Source: Botryllus schlosseri
Taxonomy: Eukaryota
Length of the DNA stretch: 64,000 nt
Assembly: GCA_051294905.1 (NCBI GenBank)
Contig: CM119377.1
Location: forward strand, 9,672,001 to 9,736,000
Direction of reading: 5' to 3'
The notes beneath the pieces were generated by a model that did no database searches, was not told where the DNA came from, and saw only the letters and a program-made list of their open reading frames with translations. How positions within the stretch are numbered: the first letter of the stretch is position 1; each line of letters starts with the position of its first letter. A program made the position numbers and the translations under genes. Of this stretch, positions 39,001 through 52,500 are shown piece after piece.

Positions 39001-42000
39001 CAATGTGGTGACTGTACTATTCTTTGAAATTACGATGAAATGTCTTGTCTTGGCTGTCCTAGTCTCGAGTCATGCACAATGACTCGAGTACAAGTTGAGT
39101 CAACACAGAAACTGACTCTCGAGTCGAGTCATTTTATGCATTTGAAAAAATGACTTGAGTCATCAAAAAATCGTGACTAGAGTGATGACCACCTCTGATA
39201 ATAATCACATACCACTTGTTTTGGCTTTTGTCCATCCTTAGCGATGCTTTGTGCGTACAGAGCAGCGGCAATGGCAAAACCCACTCCAACGCCCATCGTG
39301 CCAAAGGTACCTGCATCCAATCTGAAAATTTTGCAAATGTCCATCGGCATACTACTCAGTACTCATGTATGATATCGAAAATCTACCACCTATGTCTTGG
39401 ATGGGAATTTTTCATTAAAGTGCGGCCGATGTCCATGGTGTTAGCCCCTTCGCCGATTATGATACAGTCGTTTGACAGGTACTTGTTTAGTATTCCGTAG
39501 ACTGTGTAATAGCTCATTGGCACTGTCTGATCTGCGCACATCGCCTGAAGAGTAATGAAAATGACAGTAAAACAACTGCTTGCAACGTATTTATAGCATT
39601 AGTTGCAACATAACTCGATCCTGCTATTTACAGGAGCCTTATGGCGGTCAACATTTGAAATATTTCAGTTATGCTAGTGTCGCATTACTGATATTTTGGT
39701 GCAATATGAGCTCAAGCACTGAACATCTGCCGCCGCCTAGCGACTATAACAAGATTTATTGTCATCCATTTCATAGCATTTTATGAAGAGAATGGGTAAC
39801 TCCGCAAAAGGACACATATTAATCGACAAAGATTTAACAACATAAAATATGAGGTATCATGAACCCTGACTTAATATTTCGACAAACATGTCAGTCTTAT
39901 TTACCGGTTTTCTTTATTTACCTTCACTGCTCTGTCGTTCTGTGATATTTTTTCCTTCAATAACCCCCACCAGTCCGAGTCGGAAGGGTGTTTCCACATC
40001 ACACTTCTGTGTGTTGAGAAATAGTGTCTTTGCATCTGTAGAAGAAGAAAAATGTTTCTTTTTGTCTGTATCATTGAGGTGCTTGGATGAAAGGGGAAGC
40101 TGTGGCTACCAATTTTATAAGCAGTCTTTGGTCTGACCTGGCCGGGGAATGAACCCACGGCCTACTGATCGGCAAGTCGGACACCAGGGTTGTAACCAAG
40201 TCACAAGGTTCCGAGTCACAAGTCAATCTCACTTTTATAGTTTTGACTTGAGTCATTTTCAATTCACCACCGAGTCCAAGTCATTTTGTTCACTGTTCAG
40301 CTGTTAGTTCAATCCGGTTCAATCCACTTTTTCAACTCTGCTCGAGTGATAGAGAATGGCCCGCATTCATAATATAGTAATTTTCCTCAGCCTTAACAGT
40401 TTCTGGCCCTATTTTCCAAGTATGATAGACGAAATACCAATAATCTAGTACTTACTATTCTTCGAGGTTACAATGAAATGTCTATCTTGGCCTTCCTATT
40501 ATCGAGTCATGACTTGGTTCGAGTCGTTTTACGCATTTGAAAAAATGACTCGAGTCACTACAACCCTGTCGGGCACTCTTCCGCTACACTTTATCGTTGA
40601 TAACGGACACAGTGCGAAATAATGACAATTCCAGTAAAAAAAACTCCGAAATATGCCGAACCTGTCTCACAACATCCGATATGTTCCCGTGCAAAGCAGC
40701 AGCGGCAGGGACATTATTTCCAAACTCTTCCGGTTGTATTTCGACTTGAATAACTTTAACATTTGCATTGAAGCGTGGAGGTCTGGATATAAGATGTACC
40801 AGTACAGAAGTAGTGGAGAGCAAGGTATGTATTTATAATTCAGATGAAGACCGGCTTGAATAATGCCAGTTAATTAGCATTCTAATATTTATAATAAACA
40901 CCAATTGAATTTCACAATGCGGCCAATCTTTCACGCCAACTGCCTAATGTCGGTGTGTCACCATGTCCAAAGCATTGGCAGGTACTTGCAATGCTACAGA
41001 GACCAGTTTCATTATTAATCCATTAGAAAGAAGCAATCTCAGATTGTAACAGTTTCACATAATTTGGGAAATAATATATATATATACTTTAGCCATATTC
41101 AAACATTTCGTTGGGTAGCCTACCACGGATTGATATTCCTAATACTTGAACAATGATACTTGTCACCAGAATAAATACAGAGTACCGCAGTTCAATAGAA
41201 CAAACACATCATGTTTATTTGAGGTGATCAGTATTGAAGTATTACTACAGTACTATGTCTTTCTATTCAAGTAGATTTTGCCAACTTGCACTACTTACTG
41301 GAAAGACAACAACATGAACCAAATTCTATATAGAAAAAGTTCAAACCTTCCGAAATGCAATTGCCAATTCAGTCTTGCTCCTAGCAGTAACACACAATCA
41401 GTGTTTTGTAAAGCCCTAATGAAAGAAGCAATGTATTGCAATCCACAAACAAATACAATATATACATTTTACTTTGATCTCGCAGCCGATACACAGAGCG
41501 GATGGTCATCCCTGATGACACCTTTGCCCATGGGTGTTGGAAGAAATGGCAATGCATGCGTCTCTACGAATTCAGTGATAACCCGCTCTGCTCTGGAATA
41601 AGCGGCACCCTTTCCTATCACAACGAGCGGCCGTTTTGCTTTCAGGAGCAGCTGGCAAGCCTTGGCAACTGTTGCAGGGTCAGCCAGTGTAGCAGGCGGC
41701 GGTGGGCAACGAATGGATTCCCTGAAAAAGACGCGGGCGGAATTTATGAGTTTATTATTCAAGTGAAAAACTGTGACAGAGTCGCTTGTCCATGTCCATT
41801 AGGGCTGTTCAAAAATAACTTTTTTTCATGAATCTTGCGGGTTACGTGATTAAATCGTTAGGTTGCCTTAAAAAACGACGTACACCAAATTTGAATTCAT
41901 TCCAACCAATATTCGCGGATTTCGTAGAGTTTGAAAATTTCGAATTTGCCTATGAATGCAGAAAAATTTTTTTTTCAAATTTTTCTTCCAACCCCATAAA

Positions 42001-45000
42001 ATTGTTGCGCTGTCTTCAAAGATGATGCAAAACAAATTTGACTCAATTCCAAGCCGTAGAAGCGGAGTTATTTGACTTTTTCGATGATAATTATTGGATT
42101 ATCCTTGATTGGGGGATAATCCCAGTATTGTCATCGAAAAACTCAAATAACTCCGCTTCTACGGCTTGGAATTGAGTCAAATTTGTTTTGCATCATCTTT
42201 GAAGACAGCGCAACAATTTCATGGGGTTGGAAGAAAAATTTGAAAAATTTTTTTTTTGCATTCATAGGCAAATTCGAAATTTCCAAACTCTACGAAATCC
42301 GCGAATATTGGTTGGAATGAATTCAAATTTGGTGTGCGTCGTTTTTTAAGGCAACCTAACGATTTAATCACGTAACACGCAAGATTCAGGAAAAAAAGTT
42401 AATTTTGAACAGCCCTAATGTCCATATTAGTACGAGAGGTGGGGGCAGAAAGGTGCAGAACTAATGCTTCATTTCCACTAGAACTCTTCAGTGGATACAA
42501 ACATTATTACGATATGCTATAAAGCTTGGGTGTGCAACATTTTTGACAGGCGGGTTACGAGATATACATCACGCAGTGAAACTAGTAGTTGCAAAATATT
42601 TTTTTCACTGCATTAGCTTGAGGAATAATAGACTGGTCAAAAGTGTATGACAGCATCATTGGATAGATCAGTTCTATATAAAAAATCTATCATATCAAAA
42701 TTTTTGGAAAGTGCACGTCCCCAATCAGGTAGAGTAGAATTAATACTGTTATTCGCAACTGTGCATGGAACAAAAACCATTTGAGATGCAGTAGCCTACC
42801 CAGAATTCTTGAAAATGAAGAAGGCTATTATAACAGTGAAAAATCAGGTAAATACCTGTAGGAATTCCGTTTCACAGGAGCGTTCACAAAATTTCCTGGA
42901 ATATCAATGTATGCCGTACCAGGTCTCCCGTATATCGTGCTTCGAACTGCCTTCTCCACAATTTGCGGAATCACTGCGATACTTTGCGGTCTTGCCGAAA
43001 ACTTTGTGTACATCCTGCATGCTTCCACCTTGAGTAATGAAATGTTCTATCATACCAATACGACGTGATACGACATAATACCCTGATGTCATTGTCGCTC
43101 CAACGTAACAATGGGTGTCATACTTAACTGATTTTCTGCACTCAATACTATGGTGTTTATTTCCTTCGGCCTCGTGTTTTTAACAAGATATGTGTAGTGT
43201 AGTAATTTGTCAGGCTTAAATTAGTTGCATTGAGACCGTTATATAGTTATTAAATGATTGATTATTTGTTGTTTCTGCATTATGTTATAGTGTAGCGATA
43301 TTTGGTGTACCACTTACACTTGGTGCTTTTATATGTAAGGCTTTGGCCATCAACAATAAACGGTTACCCTGGAGGGATGCATAGTGCCGAGTGATTGATG
43401 CGTATACTACTATACCACCTCACCATTGCCAATACTCCACAGTCATAACGAAATCAAATGGTAATTCCATGTATTACAAAATTATACTTACGTTAGCCAA
43501 TCTTGTAAATGAACAGCAAAATAAGTTTATGCAGGTGATATCTAGTAATTTTCATTGCTTGCCTCTTCTATGTTATCTTCTGGTACTTATCATTCAGTTC
43601 TGGTACTTATCATTCAGTGTGCTTGCTTCATCTTTAAATGGACTTTTATCTGCATCATTTTATTGCGATTTTGTGGGGTCTTGCATCGAGAAAAATGGTA
43701 ATAAAATGATGGTTGTGTTACCGTTAGTAGATAGCTTGGATAATTTTAAATACTTTGCTATCATGACACTTGCTGTATTGACACTCACTATTTTCAATGC
43801 CACAACATTGTGATTTATATTGATGCTTGCTATTTTCAACATGAGCTATTGGTATGATAAACGTTGCCTTCTTAGTTCGATACAATCTGCCGCAGCATGC
43901 AAATCCACGTCCGACTTATTCCATATTTTCAAACGATGAATTTTCGACATCAAGGCCTACATATAAACACGGTACAATTGCATCCTTGCAGATGGCGTCA
44001 CCCGAAAACACACCTGTGGAAATTCTTGAAACGCCCCCATTTGTTCTTGATCTTGATCACTGGACCCACCGATGACAATCATAGGCCAACAGTTCTCTTG
44101 CGCATTGGCGAGACCGGCGAGTGCGTGAATTAGTCCGGGACCAGACACAACCAAACACACTCCTGTAAAAGTGGTTTACAGTAACTGATCACAATATACA
44201 TTTATTTACGTGAAATTGAATAATCTTAGCAAGAACTTGGAAAAATCTATGAATCGTGATTGCTAATCATATATATTCCAGAAAAAAATTCAAGGGCGGT
44301 ATGTAACAAAGTATGTTTTCAGAGTACGGCATATAATGAAGCAGGGTTGATATTAATTCAACAGTTTTAGAAGTGCTCTCTTTTTATTTAATAGTATTGA
44401 CATGTGGAAAATTGTGTCAAAATTGAACCTGTTGGTTGTATATCTGTTCTACAACGCGTCATCCCAATCTACTTTTTAGAACTATCGGCGCATGATATGA
44501 GCATTGTGCAAGACTTACAAAGCCATACAAGGCTACATCTGCACCTTCCTTGTTCAGCGGCATATGCATATTGTATATTGCATACAATGAGTGCAAGATC
44601 AAATCATATGTATAGATATCATGAGTCGGTGTATATGCCGCAAAAATATCAAGGACAAAAATTAATGACTACTTGATTGCCTCTGAATATAAGACCCACA
44701 ATCCCCGCATTATGTCGCGCTCCGCGAGGTACCACAATGTTTTGCAGGCTTACCTGGTCGTCCTGTCAGATAGCCTATAGCCCCTGCTGCATAAGACGCG
44801 GCTTGTTCATTTCTCATGCCAATGTATTTTATTCCAACACTTTGAGCTGCCACTGCAATCTCAATCACTGGAATGCCAACGATTCCAAACATGAATTCAA
44901 CGCCCTGGAAGGCAATGACAATTATCAATCTTAAACCAAATTAATTTAGTTATCATAGTAAATCGATCATAAAAAAGAGAAACAATGAAAAATAACATGG

Positions 45001-45986
45001 CTATCGGTGAATATATACTAAAGTCGAGACCCACTAATAAGTATATAAAACGTAAATTCAAATACTAGCCTACCAACACAAGTCTACAATGAGCACTATT
45101 TCGTAAGTTTATGAAGATCTATAGGCTACTCGTAAGAGCAAAGGAAAATACACATAGGCTAAATGAAATTATAATATATTAGTAAATAGACAAATAGAAT
45201 GAGTATAAGAAGAAAAAATAAAATACTTAAGATCCTATATTGATCTAATAGAAATTCACATTATCCTGATTTAAATTTTGAGGGGGGGGGGTGAGTTTTT
45301 GATACTAATCGCGATGGAGTTGCACAATGATGAGCAGTAGAAAGAACAGAGGTACTGATGCAGTATATGCAATAGAAAGAGAGAGAGAGAGAGTCTTTAT
45401 TCTCATCCAACCAAAATACATGAAAACAGACAGCAACGATGGTATGGTGGTACAGAAAATATGCATGCACAGTATTCGGTATCAGATAGGAATTATCGAT
45501 ACGACCATGAGGGTCAACTTGTCTGATCACACCAGTATCAAACAGGTATACTTGGCTCTTTACAGTCTCGCTGTAAAAAATGCTAGGTAAAAAAGGAAAA
45601 TAAAGAAGAAATTATACGATGGTAGCAAATGATTAATGAAGCTATGTATGGGGAAGGTAGGACAACAGTGTTAATATAACGACAAGAGGTGATCAAGTAG
45701 GTCTTTTTTGAATCTGTTATAAGGCAATTCACAGATATGCTGTGGCAATTCATTCCAGATGATAGGTCTTGAGTAGTCGATAGAGGTACATTATTAGGGG
45801 AATGTCTGGCCTTATGTGAATGTTTGGAGCTCATTTCTGCAAAAAAAAACCTATTTCAAGACGAAAATATACTATACCATAGCTAAAATTCGGTGACATG
45901 TTACTGGAATTTAGATATTCCGGTCTCCATACCTGTGACTTCAGACTTTCCACAAGGACCTGGGATCCCGTAACGTCCTCGCCCAT
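36003..45986 (-). CDS. HACL1: 2-hydroxyacyl-CoA lyase 1 (TPP-dependent, peroxisomal), 12 exons
   Basis: Exons 45986-45933, 44904-44754, 44162-44014, 43028-42856, 41721-41473, 41415-41347, 40782-40662, 40035-39922, 39544-39390, 39321-39213, 37999-37830, 36228-36003. Motifs [44 protein letters not shown] and TPP motif [12 protein letters not shown]...VVNN; C-terminal PTS1 SKL. Confidence 0.97.
40070..40590 (-). mobile_element. tRNA-derived SINE interrupted by a MITE
   Basis: Minus strand reads GTGTAGCGGAAGAGTGCCCGA [MITE] CTTGCCGATCAGTAGGCCGTGGGTTCATTCCCCGGCCAGGTCAGACCAAAGAC, the same head and core as the 12793 and 13923 copies. Confidence 0.7.
40185..40568. mobile_element. hAT-type MITE (CAGGGTTG termini) inserted into a SINE head; second copy ~38696-39170
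   Basis: CAGGGTTGTA...TACAACCCTG; TSD TCGGACAC / TCGGGCAC (7/8); GACTC/GAGTC subterminal arrays. Confidence 0.85.
41800..42417. mobile_element. 618-bp foldback (palindromic) hAT-type element in HACL1 intron 4
   Basis: Arms of ~305 bp are near-perfect reverse complements around a ~9-nt loop (~42105-42113); termini TAGGGCTGTTCAAAA; perfect 8-bp TSD ATGTCCAT. Confidence 0.95.
44490..44670 (+). mobile_element. 3' half of the same SINE family
   Basis: GTGCAAGACTTA...GGCTA.ATCTGCACCTTCC...ATCATGAGTCGGTGTATATGCC matches the tail of 13923-14240. Confidence 0.7.
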
Positions 45987-46594
45987 TCTATTAGTAGATT
46001 ATATCGATGTCCAGATTAAATATTCAAATTCTAGATGTCGTCCAATTCCTCCGCGATATCAGCTTTAACTGTCTGGCCAAGTTGACTACCGATATTCATT
46101 CTGACGCTGCCATGAATTAATATTTAACAAGTTTTAATACAAACAGATCGTGTGTAGTCATGCGTGCAATAAAAAATAAACTACGTAAGCCGTACATAGG
46201 CCTACAAAAGTCAATCAAAATCATGTGTGCAATTGATCATTGTTCTGAGCAATAAATTATAAATTTTAATCCCAGAAATCCCGGCAGTTATAGAAGAAAC
46301 TATAGTGATATTTCCAATACTAAATGACTATGATGAGCAAATTATGCATTGCCGCATTCACGCTTCGGTGATATCCGCAAAGCTGTGACATCGCTGTAGC
46401 TATTGCAATGGAGGTTTTTACGACTTGATAACAAAACACTGCTCCCAGAATAGCTCCCTGTTTTAAATTATTGTAAAATAGATAACAGATGAATTTAACT
46501 TGTGTCAATATGATACGGGATATTAGTTATACTACATAGTCGTTCCATACGGATGTGTGTTGTCAGGATCATCTGGTGAACGAATAGCAACACC
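45987..46594. promoter_or_regulatory. Putative bidirectional promoter between HACL1 and AOAH
   Basis: Only 608 bp separate the two divergent start codons; individual elements were not resolved. Confidence 0.55.
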
Positions 46595-49500
46595 ATGCTG
46601 AAAAGATCACTATTTTCATTGCTAGGACTAATTATTTCATTGTCGACGATCCATCCATCTTCTTCTTCGGCCAATGGAGGGACAGACTGTGCAGGTAATG
46701 CTGACTGTCGTAGGCATAGATTGGTCTTCAAGAATACATTTTACCATAGCCTTTATAAGCCCTTATAAAGGCTATGATTTTACCGATTCGCTTCAATACT
46801 TTTAAATCCTTTAAATATTTTGTTCGAAAATATCGCTATGATACGACTTTGAATCCTCAAGCAAGTAATCCGTCTTGAAATCAAGGTGAAATCGCAATAA
46901 TTCTCAGGTATAAAATAGATTCTTGGTTGATATACATTACAAAATTGCTGAAAAACCCTGAAAATCCATGGTGATAATGAGCGAAGACACGAGTCAGACA
47001 TCAGTTGCGATATACATAGAAATTCAGTGTAGTGTGCTTCTACTCTAAGCACTGGAAGCAAGAATATTGGTCAAGCGTCGATTTATTCACGTTGGCATGT
47101 AATATATATACTGATATAGCATGCTTCCGATATATTCATAGCTGTAGATTGGAGAACGCGAATTTTGATGCGGCATGATTATGGATATTGATACAACGCA
47201 AATCAACATGTTTCACCGGGATGTAAACAATCTACGTAGTATTCTATATCACCTGCATATTTCTCACCAGCGTATATATGGTGTTGTTGTACGTGTCACT
47301 GGTATATTGTTAGCATAACTGTCACTTCTATTTCAGCGTGTGTCCTTCTCGTAAGTCTCACAGAACAACTCGCACAAGTCCATGCAACTGATATCGTCAC
47401 AGCTGCTGATAAATTATGCTCTTATCTCCCGTCACCACTCAACGTAGCATGCCGAGCAGTGTTAAATGAATATGGACAAGCACTGATTGATTTGGTGGAG
47501 AAACATGAAACCGCTGACTTAATTTGTCACGATGTAAGAATCTCATGTAACCAACACTCCTTTTTACAAAACATGCAATCCATTTTCGCAGATTGGGATC
47601 TGTACCCAAGATCCTAACAAGGACTTTTGTCATCTTTATCCGTTGCCGTCCTCGTTCAATGAACGAGAATATCTGGCGAACAGGCCCGCCGCATACCGGC
47701 TGCATCCAACCAAGAAATTTAACGTCTGCGATTTACCAGGAGTGAAGGATCTCTGTGATGGAATCAACAGGTGGCTCTCAATTTCTATTTGCGTACCAAA
47801 CGTGATGATTTTGTTCACGTCCTAATATAGACCGCACTAAAATTTAGAACCATTGATCCTTCAGCAGTGTGGGACTTCTCTACAGGGGTAATCAGCGTTC
47901 GTTATGTAGCAGAAGTATAAGTAGCCCATATTTCTATTCATACTACTTTAAGTAGACGTACCAAATGAAAATCTGAAGAGTAGTCCTACCTCAGTAGTTT
48001 CAATAAGTAGATTTGGTCGAGGCGTCGCATAATTTTAGCAGTTATTCGGGGTTGGCTTATTCCAAAATTACACGGTGTATTTTCGTGAATGACACTAAAT
48101 GACTAAAACGGAAATACAATTAGGTGTAATTTTCGAAAATATGCCAAGTTGCCCATGGTGCATAGTAATATATATTAATAATTTCGCATGATGCTTTGGT
48201 GATACGACAATTTCATCACAAAAGTGATTCAGATTTACCCATAAACTACTTACTACTTTACAAAATCCACAGTGAAAAAAGTAAATGGCTTTCTCGGCAA
48301 AACTGTGAAGTAGGCTATAACTGAAACTCGTCTAATAACATAATATATTCACAAATCATTCTTCGACGGTCGACCGACCGTGTTGCTTCCAGCTAGCAAT
48401 GTGTTACCAACTGCAACTAATGCGTATGTTTTTGGCCATCGTTGAACCCCGAACCCCTGAGGCTGACTCACGGAACCCCTGGGGTCCGATAATACAGTCC
48501 AAGAAAATTATGACTGCCCTCGGCCAACGAGCCGTCGGGTATTGGAGATGAGTATATTTTACCAATTTTGCAGCACCACCTGAATCCGAGAGTATAGTTT
48601 CAAAATATGAAGGTTCGCGGGAAATAATACAGACGGGCTCGTCCGGGATTTGAACCCGGGACCTCTCGCACCCGAAGCGAGAATCATACCCCTAGACCAA
48701 CGAGCCGGCGGACATGGTGGCATTATAAATACCTCGAATTCATGAGTTTCGTTAAAAACAAAATACAATATTTACACGGTCACGTCATGGATTTAAACTC
48801 GGGTCCTCTCGCATCTTTAGGCCCATAAAACTTCTGACTAAGGTGCGCATTGGGGGTCAATGTAGTGATCGTTGATACTCAGGTAGATTTATGAAATAGT
48901 GCGCTCCAAGTCAGCAAAATAGCAAGTATTCGAAACTGAGTACCCTGAAAAAGTAGATATACTCTCCATGAGTAAGTAGTGCAAGTAGGCAAAACTACTT
49001 GTGCTCTGGTAACAAGTAAAATAAGTTTGTTGCTGACCACTTCTCTTCAGCAATTGTCCACATCGACTTTCATCTGAAAATCTGAAACTCTGCTTAACCG
49101 ATGTCTTTGTATTTAATGCGCAGGGTTTCCGATCACAAGCCGATACAAGATAGCGACGACGATGGTTTCAGTGGAGACGTGAACGTGCTGCGTGGAGCAT
49201 TTTGGAAAGGGCGAGACTGCGAAGACAAAAACCCGATCTACTACCCCGGAAGGGTGGCCATCGACAGCGATAAAATAGCTGATTCAAATTGCAACGGGAT
49301 ACACGTAAGCAAACGTCGCGTATGAACTTCACGCCACGAAACCCCACTTAACAATCTACATCTTACAGGGTGTTGATCCTACCTCGGGCGTACCGTATGA
49401 AGATTTGTATTGCAACAAGACTCAGCAGCGAGGAATTGTCATTCTGGGCGACTCGGCCGCGGCCCACTTTAGAATCCCTGAAAATTACCTGATGGCAGAA

Positions 49501-52500
49501 GTATTGGATGAGGTACGTACGTACACCTAACAATGACTTTGCTGGTTTTCGCCGTCCTAATCACACTACCGCCTGTCAAGCGGTGGAGTTCTTCAAGAAG
49601 TACTTTTTTCGGATTACATAAGCAGATTTGCCCACTTGCAATGATTTCTCGAGTGGTTTTAAGACTTTCACATAGTTATCAAGGCAAGTTTTTGCAACTT
49701 TTTTTTACAGCTTCCGGCAGCTTCCTATAAATACTCGGAAGTTATGTAGTATGGTGTCGGGGCCTACGATATTTATACGATATTTATATCGTAGGCCCCG
49801 ATGGTGTTTTAAGCTGTTTGGAGGAATCTTATATTGCAAACTTTTGCAACTTTTCTCCGTTTTTTCATGCAACTTTTTGTAACTTTTTTTTATGAGTTTT
49901 CATGCAATCTTTTGTAATTTTTCTCGATTTCTCATGCAATTAACTTTTCACTGGAAATATTTGACACTATATGTAAATAGCTATCTTGATTATTTCTCTG
50001 TCGTTTACATTTGAGGTCCTTTCTGATTTGACGTACATTCATGAGGCTAGACTGCCGAAAATAATATTTTCACTGGGTCAATTTTTTCAGGCTATTGATT
50101 TTGTTGAAGTCGCCAACACCGAGTTTTGCAACAGTGCCTTGGATATGGATCGATTCGAGTATCTAATACCCTAATAATTTCAAGGAACTTGTCCTCAAAT
50201 GTAACTTTCTAGTGCAACTTTTGTGAAAAATAAATGCAACTTTCCATGGATTTGACTGCAACAAAAACTTTCCCTAGGCATCAGTTTTCAGCCGCAAAGT
50301 CATCAAGAACAAAGATATAAAACGACCATTTCCTATCCCCATTTATTAGGTTTAATTGTTTTTTTGTATACTTTTCGTTTTTTAGAACAAGAAAGTAGTT
50401 TGGACAAGTTGGTATCACTCAATCAAGAAGTGCAAATGTCATAACGTCGGGGCTAAATAGCCATTGTAGCACGGTAGCTGAACATATATCCGAAACGAGT
50501 GCACCTATCTTTGTAGTTCCATTAGTCACTTTAGTTAGTCTCGAATATGCATCTTGCATTTCCAAAAGTATCGACCTCCGATTAACTGCAAAAATTATGC
50601 TATCCCTCGACCAACTCTACTTTCAGAGACTGCTTACTTGAGTAATTTCCACGCCTCTTATTTGCTACTTCAACTTGAAGTAGTTGTGACAGGGTTTGAA
50701 AATAACTACTTCTACTTATAATTGAGCAGAAACATACAACGTTACTTCTACTTCTTCTTCAATAGCAGCACTTAAACCACCACAGGCATCAGGCAGTGTT
50801 GAAATTAAATTTCGTGACACCCTTTAGTCAGTAGCGCTAAGTAAGATTAAATACGCAAATCGGAAAACATCGCCAAAATTTGATGCCGTCATAATCTGTG
50901 AACTTTGTAAGTTGCAGCTATGTGGGACAATACAATATCGACAATAACGATTTTCACCATGTATGGAAGAAAAAATTGACCGCGATGGAAGTGAATGAAT
51001 GAATTTCTCGTTTAGAATACTTTTGAAGATATATTGACACTGCTCACGAATGAAGGAGACTGGCCCATGTTATCAAGTACAACTGGTAAAAGTCCTTATG
51101 TTTATTATAGGTCCAATATACCCAATACCCATTTGTGATGTTTGTCAGGTCTTTATTATTATAATCGAGCCTAGAACCTCGAATGTACTGGTGAAAAATT
51201 GATGATTGAGACATACTCAGTGAGTTAACTTTTATAAGACGGCGCAAATATGTTTGTCACAATTGCCATAGAAACCTAATTATATATGCTTTGCGATAAA
51301 ATATGAACACAGGCCACATTGGTAAGTCTCGAAGTTACGTAACCGTTTTGTAAAGTGATATGTGTAATTAAAAGATATAGAATTTCCTCAGTACTTTCAG
51401 AATTTCAAGTTTAATTTGTCGGTTTTGGTTTCGGATACGAGATTAATTGAATTCAACCTTTAGATTCCGAGCAAAATCCAATAGCATATTTATATATTGA
51501 TTTTTCTTTCTTTCTTTCTGCTTCGAAATTGTTAGTGATCACATGCGGTATAGGCTGCATTATAATAATATTGTTGTTGCCGTTGGTAATGGCATTCACT
51601 GTACATTTGGAACGATACCTATATCGTAGGCCCGTCTTGAACATCGGCAGCTTTTTATTGCGATTTATTGCACTCGTGACCAGTAGTATCTAACTGTGAG
51701 TTGTTTAAATGTGGTCTGGAGCGATATTCCGGTAGAAAACACCACTGTTTTCCTATATGCCGAGACAGTGATATCGTTTGACGAAAGGCATTACGTCATA
51801 TGAGAGTGCAAATTGACGATTCTTCGCATTGTAGCAATCAGCAAAGAAAACAAATGGCCACATTCGATTCACGGACCGATCGATTCCTTGTACATCAGGC
51901 TTCGCGAACACAACTTATGCAACCATCGAGACTACCAAAACATCGGGGTAAACGGGGCGCGATCGTCCACCATGAATGACATCGTGAAAACTCTTGCCAG
52001 ACGAAGACCGTTCGACAAACCTCAGATTGTATTTTTGTCTCTTATTGGGAATGATGTGTGCAATGGGTAAGCAAGCATGCATCGTAGCATAGACAGGACC
52101 GTAGAGACCATGAAGGCTTTTGTCTTAAATCTGCGCTGCACAGTAAATGATTTTGGAGTATGGGCTGGATTGTTTTACAATTTACATGATGTGTAGCCGC
52201 CCTGCAATGTATCCTGGTCAGGATTTGCCGAATATATGCCTATCTCTTCAGTCACGTTGATGATACCATCGCTCACATGACCACACCGCCCGAATTCGGA
52301 AATAACACCATGGTAACGCTAAAATACCTGGATACTGTTCTGCCCAACGGAAGCTCAGTACTCATCTCCGGACTCGCAGACGGCCGGGTGTTGTGGGATC
52401 TTCTTTCCAAGAGGTCAGTCTGAACTGACACGGGTCAATGAACATTAATGAACCGCGTTTTGGTTTGTTTTGCACAGGTATCATCCTATCGGGCAATTGA

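Noticed and set aside
43391-43842. Overlapping 140-aa (+) and 60-aa (-) ORFs in HACL1 intron 3
   Set aside because: AT-rich, no recognisable motif, contains a 20-bp tandem duplication; likely decayed repeat sequence.
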